The position numbers were made by a program, and so were the translations under genes. From Antedon mediterranea (lineage: Eukaryota > Animalia > Echinodermata), in NCBI RefSeq assembly GCF_964355755.1, contig NC_092673.1, positions 5,270,001 to 5,334,000 on the forward strand: a DNA stretch of 64,000 bases, read 5' to 3'. This document shows positions 1 through 13,531 of this stretch, piece by piece. The first letter of the stretch is position 1; the number at the start of each line of letters is the position of its first letter. Below the pieces are notes generated by a model. It ran no database searches. It was not told the DNA's origin and saw nothing but the letters and a program-made list of their open reading frames with translations.

Positions 1-432
1 AACTTTCCCCCCTTAGAGCCACGCCACCGTTTTACTGTAGTACGGTACCTCTCTTCTTTATAACCTCCTCAGTGTCAAAAGCTCTTCCCACCTACCCTTT
101 TAACTTTTCCCCCCTTAGAGCCACGCCACCGTTGTACTGTAGTACGGTACCTCTCTTCTTTATAACCTCCTTAGTGTCAAAAGCTCTTCCCACCTACCCT
201 TAACTTTTCCCCCATAGCCCCACGCCACCGTTGTACTGTAGTACGGTACCTCTCTTCTTTATAACCTCCTCAGTGTCAAAAGCTCTTCCTACCTACCCTT
301 AACTTTTCCCCCCTTAGCCCCACGCCACCGTTGTACGGTACCTCTCTTCTTTATAACCTCCTCAGTGTCAAAAGCTCTTCCCACCTACCCTTAACTTTTC
401 CCCCCTTAGCCCCACGCCACCGTTGTACTGTA
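1..432. repeat. ~100-bp tandem repeat, at least 4 copies, truncated by the window start
   Basis: Unit aactttcccccc.tagagccacgccaccgttgtactgtagtacggtacctctcttctttataacctcctcagtgtcaaaagctcttcccacctaccctt repeats near-identically. Confidence 0.95.
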
Positions 433-469
433 GCTCTACCCTTTATTTATTCTTAACACTAAACATTAC

Positions 470-611
470 CAGGTTGTTTGTCTTTCTCCATGTCCTTTTC
501 ATCTGGTTGTTTTTGTCCTCTTTTCTTCTTAGTGGATGACGACGTAGAATTCTGATTAGAATTTGCATGACTTGGACTATGACTTCTTGGTACTGACCTG
601 CTTAATGTGGT
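470..611 (-). CDS. JMJD1C: JMJD1C/KDM3 coding exon, Ser/Lys-rich linker with NLS-like KKKR: TTLSRSVPRSHSPSHANSNQNSTSSSTKKKRGQKQPDEKDMEKDKQP
   Basis: ttttatttatag| ... |gtaatg; 142 nt, phase 0-1, open in the frame set by the previous exon. Support is splice signals and frame, not strong homology. Confidence 0.82.
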
Positions 612-1332
612 CTATAAATAAAACAAATAAAACAAAAATTATAATAAAAAGCAAAAAAATCTAAATTGTAAAAAAAAAAAATCACTGTATACATGTTTGG
701 ATTTAAACTGAATAACATAGTTATTTAGTTTTTAGTTTATAAAAGTTAGTAAAATATAAATTGAATACTGTGTATACTTCCTTCAAAAGACATTTTTGTA
801 CTCAGTGCTTCATTAAATAAAATACCTGTATCCACAGAATATATAATTTGTATGCTATATAATCAATTTCTGTTGATGTAAGTATGGGTATTACCAGCAG
901 CTAAAAATGCACACCATTCTTTATTTGTAGAAGTACTACTGTACAGTACAATGAAATAAATTAAATAATAAATAATAAATTAATAAATTATGTGTTTAAA
1001 TGAATAGTAAAAATCACAATACCAGTAAAAACATCCTAAAAGTTCCTTCACTTTATGATAGCAATCTTTATTTCTTGAAAGAACAAAGCCCTGAGAAATT
1101 AGCTAGTAAAGATGTAGCTAAGGTTGCAATTAATTTTTGTAAAATAATTTAAAATTAATTTATTTTGGTTTTAATTTTAAAGCAGATGTACTTAGAAAGT
1201 GCAATTAAAATGTATCTTCAACAGGATACATCATTTATCTAATAATAGAAGGGACACAATAGATAGCGTAAAAATAAACCTAAACTAGATAATACGACAA
1301 TGATTAAACACACAAAACATCAATTGTTATTG

Positions 1333-1467
1333 ACTCTAGTTAAAATAACTATCAAATATTTGTTGTTATTGATTGTCCACTCCCATTAAAATTATTGCCT
1401 AGAAAGACACTCTAGTTAAAATAACTATCAAATATTTGTTGTTATTGATTGTCCACTCCCATTAAAA
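1333..1467. repeat. Local direct duplication (~58 bp x2)
   Basis: actctagttaaaataactatcaaatatttgttgttattgattgtccactcccattaaaa occurs twice. Confidence 0.9.
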
Positions 1468-2229
1468 ATTAAACATGAAATTGAGCGTGCTTTTATTTTG
1501 GTAATTTGTGCACCTCCTTTGGAGGTTTTGGGACACCAGAAAGATACCTCTATTAAAGGAGCACTCTCCAGTGAAAAGAGCAGTATATAAAACCCCATTA
1601 AGGGGACACTCTGTTGGGTCCTGGAAGTCTCCTCTAATTGGCGGTTTTCACTCCGAAATAAATGGTTAGTAAAATGGGTAGAGTTTACAGTATTTTAAAT
1701 TCCAATGAAATAATTGTACTCTCTTCTCTCAGTTCCATAATGAAAGAAAAAATTGAAAATATATACAATTTTAATTTATAATGAAAAACAAATTTGAAAA
1801 TATGTAATATAATTTTAATAATATAACAATTTTACAAATTTAATATTTCAAATTAACAATTTTTAAAATTAATTATTTAAAGCATACACACAAAATAACT
1901 AATTAACTTTATTTGAACCAAGGTCTTATGTCTTCTATCACCACTATTGATTTGTTTACAAATTATGTGATTTATTTCATTACAAAATTAGCTTCTGAAC
2001 TCAGCACTGTAATAGTTATTCAGTGAACCTTTGCAGCCATGCCATATGTTAATCTAGACGCTTTGTTTGCATACTAATGATTTATATATCAGTCATGGAT
2101 AATCTTTTTATAATTTGCTTGCTCATCTGTTTAAAATATACAGCATCCTATGTCCCTTTTACCACTATCACTATTTAGCAAATAATAACTTTTTAGGAGT
2201 TGTAAGTAAAGTAAGCTTAAGTAAGCCCG

Positions 2230-2470
2230 TAACCTTGGAGAAGGAGAGGAGGGCTTTACAGTAAATGAATCCTTTCTTTCTCGTTAAGTGCCATTTTCCA
2301 ACTAGAAATCGGCAGTGAAATTATAATAAATATGGCAGTTGACAAATACTCCAGTATTGGGAGGGGGTTGAGAGTTTTAAATGAATGAACTCTCTTTTTC
2401 GTTGAGCGCCTCTTTCCAACTAGAAATCAGAAGTGAAAGTATGATAAATATATTTTCCAATACTCCGATA
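2230..2470. repeat. Diverged direct duplication (~120 bp x2)
   Basis: ggaggg..taaatgaat..ctttc.cgtt.ag.gcc..tttccaactagaaatc.g.agtgaaa.tat.ataaata repeated. Confidence 0.75.
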
Positions 2471-2518
2471 TAGATTCGATTATACTAACTAGTACTTATA
2501 CACATTGAAAGTTTATTA

Positions 2519-2663
2519 AGCTCTGTCTACAGTATCAAACTAGTTTACAAAACAAATGTGATGTGCCCAAATATGGTAGTGATATACGCAAATATGGTGA
2601 TATGACATCATAATGTCCATATATGGGCACATCACATTTTTGTCTGATAGTGTAGTCAGAGCT
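2519..2663 (+). mobile_element. MITE family A (Harbinger/Tourist-like; TIR AGCTCTGTCTACACTATCAAACT, TTA/TAA TSD, internal 21-bp repeat)
   Basis: tta|agctctgtctacagtatca ... tgatagtgtagtcagagct|tta. Confidence 0.85.
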
Positions 2664-2766
2664 TTAGAAGAAAGCCTTCTGTTTTATAGCATGGAAATGT
2701 AAACAAAGCAATAGGAAATGAGATAGTAATTAAAACAATGGGACAAAGACAATGTTAACAACATAC

Positions 2767-2858
2767 CGTATTAATGGGCTGTGTGTTACTGGTTGCTGCT
2801 ATTCTTCTTCTAGGGGTAATTCCAACGTTTTCTCCTTTCAATAATGATTTTACTACAA
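2767..2858 (-). CDS. JMJD1C: JMJD1C/KDM3 coding exon: (V)VVKSLLKGENVGITPRRRIAATSNTQPINT
   Basis: gtctttcag| ... |gtatgt; 92 nt, phase 1-0, joins the 88-nt exon in frame. Matches VVHSLLKGENIGITSRRR. Confidence 0.93.
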
Positions 2859-5479
2859 CTGAAAGACACAAGACGGCATAGACAATTATATAAAATTTAA
2901 ATGTGTTAAAATTTCAAGCATCTGTGCGACTTTTAATATTATGCAATCATAATTTATGTACAGTTTTGGTCTTACAGAATAATGGGATATAAAACAGAGG
3001 TTAAATATACATGAGTAAAATAAAATTTATATTTTCTGAAAGGAACAAACAGAACAATAAAGGCCTACACATTATTTTACATACAACATAACAGGTTTTA
3101 GTTACACAGTACATAACAATTGCAAAACATTGAGAAATTTTTAAAAAAAAGTACACCATTTCTATTATAAATCCCTATAGCTATTTTAAAGTTTCTCTAT
3201 TACCTGATATAATATATCAACTCGTAATACATACAAATAAGTCCATCATGATAGCAAAGAATCATAGAGATATTATAGTTCACTATAATATCTCTATGAA
3301 AGAATGCATACAATTTATACTTAATAAGTCTATAGACTATGCATAGAGATATTATAATATCTCTATGGTCTATGATACTGATAGTATAAAAATACATACA
3401 ACTTACATTGAATAATTCCATATGATAGTAAAAATACATACAATTTACACTGAATAATTCCAAATGATTGTAAAACTACAAACAATTTACACTGAATAAA
3501 GACATACCATTTACACAGGTCATCCAGGCATTATTCCCATTTAAATTACACAGTGGACAACAAGTCATGCACCTGATGCTGAGTGTCTAATCACTGACTG
3601 CTGCAGACAGAATGCTAGCCTAGCCTATCTGAAGTGATTACCAGCCAAATGACCTTGTTACTTGACCACTCACATTGTACAAAGAATGTTTAGATAATGC
3701 TCTTTCCTATTCAAGGCCAATTGATAAACCTCAAAAGCCACCATTGTAACAACCTTGTACTAACAGATTCTAACCCTAGATAATTATATAAATAGATTTT
3801 CAATTTTTTACATCCAATGATAGATTTTATTCTCTATTCACTACGTATGGGCCACTACCCACATAATACTGATAACAATATGGGTTAATTACCATGAACA
3901 AGAATGGTTCTATGCATGTATATTAAAATTTGAGTGATACATTTTTTTTTTTTATCTCATAATAGAATGAATTTTTGAAACAGTACATAGATAGCAATTA
4001 GCCTTGATATTTTCAACCTATTAAAAAGTACTTAATTGCATAAAGCAAAAATATTTATAGATCAAGTGTTAAAAAGCAATAAAAAGTGATTGATTGAGAT
4101 TATTGCACAAAAGTATATCCATTGTTCATGACCTTCCTTCATGCCATGCTTATGCAATCTTAATTTTCAAATGTACCATTTAGTTAATTAAAATAATATA
4201 ACAGATTGTTAAACGTTGATAATTATTCACTCAAAAGTCAGTTTTTTAGAAGTTTACCGTCAAAAGAGTTTGAAAAAAACTATATTCCCATTGAGTAGTG
4301 TGTATTGCAACAACAACACAACACCCATTTTGTAATTCCGTTGTTGATTTCAAGCCAGCATTGTGCTTTCCATTTAGCTAAGTTATTCAGAGTGCATAAA
4401 CATCGTTGAAGGTCAGTATCACAAACGTTTAGAATTACTTGCCTACTACTCCACGACGAAGCTTTTAATATCCATCAATAGATTAAAAACACAATACTCT
4501 CTTTACGTCTTACCTTACTTTACACAATAGTCGATAGATGCCACATAATAAATGTATAAATTAACTCAACTGACTGTTACAACGTCTATATGGAAATATC
4601 ACAGGAAACTAGTGAATTACTTCTGCACCGATCACCTAATAACGTTCACCCGCTGAGAACTAAAGCTTAGAGTCTATGAACTAGGAAAGTCACGCTTTTT
4701 CACTTGTTTCAATAAAGGTTAATTTCAGGTCAAAGAATGATCAAGAATAACCAAAGCGTTGGAAAGAAAGCCTACCGGCCAGGGGGAAGCGATTATCTAA
4801 TTGCTTTTGACTGTCTGTTAAAAAGTCCAGGCTCTAGAACGAAACTATAAAGTCTATGTAATGATCTGCTTATTACCTTATCTCCATGGACAAGGTTTTT
4901 ACATCATGGGAGGGGAAAACTAATCTGTCCTGGAGGGTGCAGAACCACGACAGGGAGTAAATGAACAGGAAAGAATCAACTTAGGTATAATTTATGAAAA
5001 TTAATTATATCCAAAGAAATTGCTTAATTTTGCATTAAAATAATTTAATTTGTAAGGAATTTGATGTCTGCCTTCTGTGTGACTTTCTTTTGTAAAAGGT
5101 TAAAAGTTTTAGTAGTACTCTAAAGTATTTTCTTCAATCAATTAAGAAATATAACTCGTAACAATTTATATTCTTTTATTACTTATTCTTAGTTTACTTA
5201 TATTATAGTATTTATTTATTAATCAATTATTATAAAATCTTGTTATGTTTTCACATAACAAGTACGTCATTCTGTCTGTGAAATTCAAAGAAATTATTCT
5301 CCATTAAAAAAAAACATGCTCAATTCCAAATGTCATATTATTAAGAAGAGAATTTTCGTCATTCATTTTATTTATAGTCTACCTCAATATCAATTCATTT
5401 GAATTTCCAAAATAACATACATGTAATAAATTGTTCTTTCTATCTACAATCAGTCAGGTAACGATAGTGTTCCCATTAC

Positions 5480-6082
5480 CGTAATACAAATTGCTTATAT
5501 CAATGACATCCACTGCACACTCAATTTTAATGGCTCGACATTAATTTATGATTCTATATTCCTCAAGGGCATGGAATTATTACTAAAAGGTTGAAATTAC
5601 ATATTTTTTCCTAGATTGAAGAAACAGTACTTTAGTATCAATAGCCGTATCTAAATATGTAATGTAACCATAAAATCCATCAATAATCAATCTATTTTAA
5701 AAATTAAATTAACAACTATCTCATCGCTGATATTCCTATCTGATTTTATATATTCCGGTTTTTATGATATTGTTGCTCTTCACTTTATATATTTATTTTG
5801 TTATTGTACCTTTTTTTTATATTATCTTTTTAACATTTTATATGTGATTTTTTATTTCACATTTCCATATGCTTTCTTATGATGCTTGTTCACTTTCACA
5901 TTTCCGATTCCTCTTGCAATGGACCCCATTGGAAATAAATTGACATGTCGATTTAATGGGACATCCTTGCATCCATTCACTTTGGTTTTATTCAATTTTA
6001 ATATTCCAATTTTTGTATATTTTCTTTGTTATGTATTTTATTTGTATTGTTGAATCATATGGAGGCTAAATGAATAAATGAA
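5480..6082 (+). mobile_element. Degraded 3' end of a non-LTR retrotransposon (L2/Crack/Daphne-like)
   Basis: T-rich 3'UTR-like tract, a ggaccccattggaaataa...tttaatgggacatcc stem-loop motif and an aataaatgaa tail. Family assignment is from recall; no intact ORF. Confidence 0.4.
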
Positions 6083-7315
6083 AAACATTTAAACTGGTAA
6101 TATTTTATGGTGGAAATACATTGTGATGATAGTAGTTTTTTTTTTTTAAGATTTTAATTGCTATAATGGCAAATAGTAAACTATATAATTCAACACAATT
6201 GATATGTATATGGTTCTTCCTAAAAGATGTATTGTCCATTTTTTTTTTACTTTCCTGATAAAAGTAAATGTAGTCTTTAATTGAATGAGACATTATCAAA
6301 ATAACATCATCACCTCCACGATTTGGCACAATGACAAAACTTATTGTTTTGTTAGTTATGAAAAATATCAAGATATGTGTGTGTCATGTTTTGTGACTTA
6401 TTTGACCTTTGACACAAGCTGTTTTTAAGCTCAAGGATACAGCATCTCCTCAGAGACCTTGATAAATTTACCAAACTAACCAACTACATGACCTGCTTGC
6501 TACAGATGCCCAATAGTACACACCACAGATAGAATGCAAGTCCCATGGGTACCTATCTAATCTCTGCAACTTTAGTTTCGCTTCAGTGTAATTCACTGAA
6601 AAGTCACGCATACAAATCTCAGCCCTTCTGTGTTTTTCGAACCCAATCAATTACTGCAATATTCTAAAAATACCAAGTATTATGTTTATGGAAGATAAAG
6701 TTGTTACACACATTATTTAAGCATTTTTGCATTGTTATTTAGAAAATATCAATCCTCCAATTAAGAACCATATAATAAATCAAATCTATAAAAGAACCAT
6801 GTTAATTAGAGAAGATTAAATACATATTTCTAATCTAAGAATATGCCATTTTAAAGGGTGGGTATTTTTTCATACTGTGGGAGAAATATTCTTGATATGC
6901 CAATAAACAACCTTGGGTTGTGGTAGAGGAAGTTTCATAAAAATTAACAACTGGCTTGACAATCCACACATTGTTCTGCTATCATAACAACCCAAACTTT
7001 CAAGATGATCCCTAGGGCAAGGAACTTGATAGGACCAACTGCTTGTTATACCAATAATCTTTAACACACAATATAAAAGCGATTAAAAATGTCTTGTATA
7101 TAAATGTATTGGTAATAATACTATTGATATATAGGAAACACCTGGTTGTGTAATCTTTCTATAAGATACAATATATTGGCCCTACCTTTCCTGATATGTA
7201 CCCAATTCCTTCCTGATATTACAGACAGTATAGTAACTTCTTTTTGTATTATAATAATTTATAAGTTACTCTTTTCTGGTAAAATCTAACCCAAGAACTG
7301 TTGCTAGTAATGCAT

Positions 7316-7451
7316 TGTTTCCACTAAAGATACAACACAACGATGTAACGCAACATAAGGAATTTGACCAATCACAACTGATGAATTAATCGCAGTGCTG
7401 CTTGTGCGTTGCTTCTACGTCCATGTGTTCCGTCCTAATGGGAACCAAGCT
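7316..7451. mobile_element. Short MITE family B (TIR AGCTTGGTTCCCACTAG-like)
   Basis: Ends in gggaaccaagct|tta; internal ttgaccaatcacaa shared with 60388-60523. Confidence 0.65.
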
Positions 7452-7949
7452 TTACAATATAGGTATATTTTATTCATTCATCACATACAGAAGGCAGCCA
7501 AAATGCTGAACAATTTAGCACACAAATTAAAATATTAAAACAATAACCGCATTAGTAGTAGCAAGAAATTACCGATAACGGTTGCTTGCATTCATCAACG
7601 AGGGAAGTAAACAATCTGCGACAGAAAAACTTTTTAATATATCCAACGAGAGCCAACATAATTCTTTCCTGGAATAGCATTTGATCTAGGACACCGATTC
7701 AATAACTAGAACTCTATGTTTAAAGTATCATCTACAATAATGTACGCAAGACATATACAGAACTGAGTTATTGCAGACCAATAATGGCAACAAACGATAT
7801 CTGAATGTAAAATGAATGTTGATTGAACGATAAACCTACAATATTTATATGTAAACCTATTTATTTGAATCAGAATAATAAATATAACAACAAATTTGTC
7901 TAAACCATCATCCTCCTACTCCTCTTTGTTATTCAAAAAAACTGTTTTG

Positions 7950-8131
7950 AGCTGTCTACACTATCAAACTAGTTTGACAACAAAAAAAGTGTGATGTGCC
8001 CAAATATGGTAGTGATATGCCTAAATATGGTAGTGATATGCCTAAATATGGTAGTGATATGACATCATCGTGTCCCTATATGGGCACATCACATTTTTTG
8101 TCACATAAAGTTTGATAGCGTAGGCAGAGCT
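7950..8131 (+). mobile_element. MITE family A copy (3 internal 21-bp units)
   Basis: agctgtctacactatcaaact ... agtttgatagcgtaggcagagct|tta. Confidence 0.85.
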
Positions 8132-9189
8132 TTAGACAAAATTTGGAAGAGCATTCACTTTCTCCATTTCCCAGAAATCCTATGCACATTCTCTGTAAAT
8201 GGATTTAGTAGACGACACATTTCTTATAATGTGAACTTGCGGAATAGAATTCAGGATGGTTAAATGAAGTTCAGAAAAAAGCAGGCCATGCTGAATTTGT
8301 TTTAATACTCAATTCTAATTCCTGGCATTAGAATAAAGTCCTTTGATATTGTGGTTTTGTTTTTTTAGGATTTTTTTTTTTCGGTTTTTTTTTCACACAT
8401 TTTTCTCTTTGTTGATCTATCTCTATTTAATATTCAAAATTGAAAAAAAAATAAAAAAAATAGAAATTAATTTTTAATGCTCTTATACTATTTAGCGAGA
8501 GTTTGGTAACTAGGTCAGGCAACCATGTTTTATCAGTTCAATCTAAGATTTGTAACGCAGCACAGCTAATATAATTTATAAGATTATCCTTATCATCATG
8601 TAATCAATTGAATTTACTTTCAAAATGGCTAGAGATTCATAACTGAATGGAAATGAAAAAAATCAAACCAACTTGTAATATATCTTTTAAATTGGCCTAC
8701 TTTGTATTTATATGTTATAAATTTTATTTACTTTTAGACAATTTTGGAAAGCAGTACTGCGTTACTGAAAATGCAATCCAGTCAAAAGAAAGAATAAATA
8801 AATAATACAGTAGGTCAAATGAACAATTAACAACAATCAAATACAAACAAACAAAAACTAAGCATTCTAGCCAACACACATAGGAAACTTGGGTAATAAA
8901 TACAGAGATGATGTTGTTTAAATTGAAGTTGAAGATTTTACTGATTTGCATTGTCCACTGATTGGTCAGTTAAATACGGTGCTACTGAATTACGTGGGTA
9001 CAAGTTCATCCCACTATATTTGGACCAAACAGTATTTCTGTTGTATTTTTTAAATATTACTGTCTTTTTCTGTGTTACTTACCTTCGACTAATTTTGAGC
9101 AATTGTATACATGAATTTCCTTTTGGACAAATAAAATGAACTGTGAACTACCCGGGTCAACACTAATTAGCCATCATCTACTAACTTAC

Positions 9190-9277
9190 CATCATCTAAA
9201 TCTAAAAACATCATCTGCACAAGAGCTGGATTTTCTGTATGGCTCTCCAGGACAGTATCATCCATAACAATCAGCTC
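9190..9277 (-). CDS. JMJD1C: JMJD1C/KDM3 coding exon: ELIVMDDTVLESHTENPALVQMMFLDLDD
   Basis: ctcttcttag| ... |gtaagt; 88 nt, phase 0-1. Matches TMIVMNDQVLEPQNVDPSMVQMTFLDD. Confidence 0.93.
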
Positions 9278-9388
9278 CTAAGAAGAGAGAAAAAAAAAGT
9301 ATAAAATAAATTAACAAGGAGATTTAAAAAGAAAATAATTTAGTTGTCGGACTACTGCTGTATGTTCATAATGGAATTTATTATATAA

Positions 9389-9542
9389 AGCTCTGTCTAC
9401 ACAATCAAACTTTGTGACAAAAAAATGTGATGTGCCCATATATGGACATGATGTTGTCATCCCACTACAATATTTAAGCATAATCATTACCACATTTGCG
9501 CACATCACACTTTTTTTGTCATTTATATAGTTTGATAGAGCT
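9389..9542 (-). mobile_element. MITE family A copy, ~110 bp from an exon acceptor
   Basis: taa|agctctgtctacacaatcaaact ... agtttgatagagct|tta. Confidence 0.8.
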
Positions 9543-11004
9543 TTAGTATTAAAAATTGCAATTGCAAGTATGTAACTTGGAGTGCATTCACCTTTTAATC
9601 GGTTATGTAAGTAAATTTGATAAACAATTCGGAAAACATACCTCCTAGTTAAAGGTAAAAATAATATGAATATTGTAAAATAAAAGGTTATTATGCGTAT
9701 AATTATAATAATCATTTCTCTGTCAAGTACCTTAGTATATTCCCAGAGCTGGTAATTATCTTGAATATAATGTTCTTGTGCACACTTCATCTAAGGATCT
9801 AATCTACCTGTACTTCATATCCTACTTTAATTACACACTATCAATCATACTAATCTATACCAATGTCTGATATTATTTGCTTGATAACATCAACAAAGAA
9901 TTTAAAGTCGATGGCAAGACATGTTTTCAATCGCCCACACAAATTCTCATTAGCTTTTACGACAGTATCCTCTTCACGAATTATAATATTTGTATTTATT
10001 CATGAAATTGAGTGCTTAAAATTGTGTTTTCATGAACAGCGATGATCCAATGACATTATGAAGTTTGGTTTGTTTTTAATTATTAGTAAACTTGTAAACG
10101 ACCACCCATTAATTTAAACAGAAAGCAATTATTTTTTGTTTATGTTCATTTGGTATTACAGCAGTTTACTTAAATGATTTATTATTTAAGTTTTCACTTT
10201 TTTTTATTTTGTACATCATTTAAAACAAGCTAAAAACTAATTTGGCTTTATAAATTATAATATTATTTATTCTGTCTTTCAGTGCTAAAGCATTGATTTC
10301 CAAAGTGGTTCAGTAGAGAAACATTAACAATATAATAAAAATAATAATATTTGCCATTTAATTCAATTTCTTATTCTTTATTACTGACCAATGTGATGTT
10401 AGTATTTAATATTGAATGGAGAAACCTGCTTATATAGTACACTGTTAAGGTTTGGTGGAAAAATGCCAATTTCTTATAAAACTCACATATTTTATAATAA
10501 ATCAAATCACAAAAGAAAGACACTGTAACAATGAGAAACAGGAAACTAAACAATATTCAATCCAATTTCTAAATGGCAATGAACCCGTTTTCGATATTTA
10601 TCGTATTCTAAGACAGGGAAGTCATCAACCCATCTTTATTATGCATTTTAAAGCCACACAAGATAATTCACCCGCTCTTTCAAAGCTTTCCTTAATATTC
10701 CAATAAAGAAGAAATGTAAGTTCCTGTATCTTGCGCACGTTTTAATTACTTGAGTATTCTAATCTTGAGATATCCATTTCCTAATTGATAATTATCTAGG
10801 CTGGCGTCATTCGTAGGATATGCAGCTTCTAGGTTATAATTGAATTAACACTCCATTCTCACCAAAAATTATTTTCATCTGTGACCACAACTATTAAAAA
10901 GCTGCTGATTTTATTTGTTAAATTTTTACATTGTGCATTGATAGAGTTTAATCTTGTACACTTTATATTGTTGGGTCAGGTACTATACAATTCTCTACTT
11001 CTAC

Positions 11005-11152
11005 TAAATTTGGAGTACACTTTAGGCTAAATTTAGAGTACATTTTAGGCAAAATTTGGAGTACATTTTAGGCAAAATTTGAAGTACATTTTAGGTTAAA
11101 ATTTGGAGTAAATTTTAAGCACAATTTCGAGTAAATTTTAGGCTAAATTTGG
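11005..11152. repeat. 23-bp minisatellite (~6.5 copies)
   Basis: (t/a)aaatttggagtacattttaggc units. Confidence 0.9.
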
Positions 11153-11722
11153 TATATTTTGGAACACCATACATTTGTTGCTGGCCTGGGATGCCAGGCA
11201 AGTGATATGGTTTGGTTTATTACCTTAGTAATAATGACCAATAGATAGAATATATTATATTGAGTCGTGCATAACAAACAGATATGTATAAACAGGAATA
11301 ATATAAATTTATATTTATTGAAAGTTTATTCACCTTCAAAGTAAATTAGTCTTCAATTATGGCAAACATAAATTGACATCTGAAAAAATTAGGTTGTTTT
11401 GAAAAGTGAAACAAGATTGAATCGGTCAGAGTGACGGATATTGGGTTAATGATTTACTTTGTAGAAATTTCGCATGTCAAGGTAATTGTCCGATTTGACT
11501 TATGATGAAAAGTAGACACAAATATTTCATTCATTAGACGCTTATTATGCATACAATGCATTTATTAATGGGAAAGGTAGCCAGTTAGTAGTCTTATTAA
11601 AATGCTTCTATTGAGCTAATAGACTGAATCAGTAGAATTATAGCCTTGAAAAACATGTTTCAAATAACAAGTAATCATGCAACAAAATAAAAAAACACCA
11701 TCAATATAAATATTATTAACCA

Positions 11723-11830
11723 TGGATGTAATGTTATGGATGGGTGTAATGTTATGGATGGGTGTAATGTTATGGATGGGTGTAATGTTATGGAATGGGT
11801 GGGTGTAATGTTATGGGTGGATATAATGTG
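11723..11830. repeat. 18-bp minisatellite (~5 copies)
   Basis: ggatgggtgtaatgttat units. Confidence 0.9.
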
Positions 11831-13321
11831 TTGGGTTGATGTGGGCAGGGACTTTAAATCTTCCACCAACAACAAATGTTATGTAACGTCCTACCACCCA
11901 GTCTAATTTCACCCACCCAAGAGACCTCTGTGTACATGAAATTACAGTTTTAAATTGTTTATACGCAACAACTTACATGTTAACACCCCAATCACTAGAC
12001 TTCTGTATTAATACAATAGACATGTGAGATACAGAAAACTATTCCAAAATCAGACACTCTCCATAAAACCAAAGGTTCAAAGGTCAAATATTACACAACA
12101 GTACTGAAATGTCATTTGGTAAACCAGTCTTTCCAGGAAAAGATGAGCCCAGGGGTGTATTGACTGAGTTATACTGTACGCCCTGTTTTAATGTAACTTG
12201 CAAAACAAGAAAAACTACATCTAAACACTTTAGCCAACAAATCTCAAATGAAAACCTATAACTGTGTGAAATTTGTCCAAAACTTGTCCCCTTAAAAGAT
12301 GTCTATTGTATACTATTACCGAATTGTTTTGTAAATCATACCGCTCTAGGCAATCGCTACAAGGTACTATACTGCCATAACAATTTGTTGTTAATTAAAA
12401 ATTAGGTTCAAATAGATGTCAGCCTAATGGCTTGACTGAATTTAGCAATTCAATAATAATAATCAATTTCTTTTATATAGTGTAAAATTACTGGTAATCA
12501 TAACACTGTAAATATACATAAATGTTCAGTATTAATATTTATTTATATACTTTGTTTTAAAAACATATTATGAAAAAGGTATTATTTCCTTCTAACCGAG
12601 GGATGACCTTTTGCCAATGACACAATAGTTTCATTTTAAATATGTAAATTATATGCATATATTTAAAAAAGATTTATTCTAAATTAAAAATATTCACCAA
12701 ACATTTTCCATGTTCTATGTTTTTGTAATTTTTATTTATTTGAAAATGTTGCAATAATAAAAAGCGATGTATAGGTCAAATGAAAAACAGTTGTTACTGT
12801 AATTCCAAAAAAAAAAGAATTTTAAGAAAACAGCATGTATAAATTCACCAATAATTAGTTTTACATGGAAAAGGCATTACTGGTTGACAGATGACCTAAC
12901 CACTCATTGTAAACGATCACAGCCAATTCTCAGTACTGCATATCTATATTTGTTCATCATAAACAACTTCTGTAATATACAGTATTACATAATGATGAAT
13001 CACATGTAACAGCTGTATCATAGGCCTAGCCTAATCTAAATCCTAACCTAAATACAGGCAGCAATGTGATACATATGACACTGTATTTAAGAAATTGCCT
13101 ATGATACAGGACAATTAATTACATATGTAGAGATATAGTTTTAAAAATCACCCGCTGGCTACCTGGCTTTATACTGTGACCTGGTGGGTGATGGGAAAGT
13201 AGAATCACCTCCTATGATATCAGTTGGGCTACCAAAAAGGTATTTAGTTGGCTAGTAGAACTTTTGCATAACTAGCCCCAAATACCTATATTTTACTGCT
13301 CTATAGTAATTGATCACTTAC

Positions 13322-13531
13322 CCGCGTTTCAAGATTATGGCCTGTTATAACGGCCGAGAACCACTGAGTGGCGGATCCGATGCGGTAAACTTTGACCCTA
13401 TAACCAGTTACGATGTAGGGCGCAGTGATGAGGATTTGTTGGACCTTCTGGTCATGTATCCATTGATCTACTTCGTTCTTTACTTCAGAGTGTCGCTGAA
13501 ATGTGCTGTGCAGCTTTTTATTATTCTCATC
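13322..13531 (-). CDS. JMJD1C: JMJD1C/KDM3 coding exon: DENNKKLHSTFQRHSEVKNEVDQWIHDQKVQQILITAPYIVTGYRVKVYRIGSATQWFSAVITGHNLETR
   Basis: ctctttttag| ... |gtaagt; 210 nt, phase 0-0. Strong match to recalled EEVKVWVKEQKVQEIFMQGPYSLNGYRVRVYRQDSATQWFTGIITHHDLFTR. Confidence 0.95.

Noticed and set aside
9311-9790. Longest listed ORF (159 aa)
   Set aside because: Runs through a MITE and AT-rich intron; no recognisable protein.
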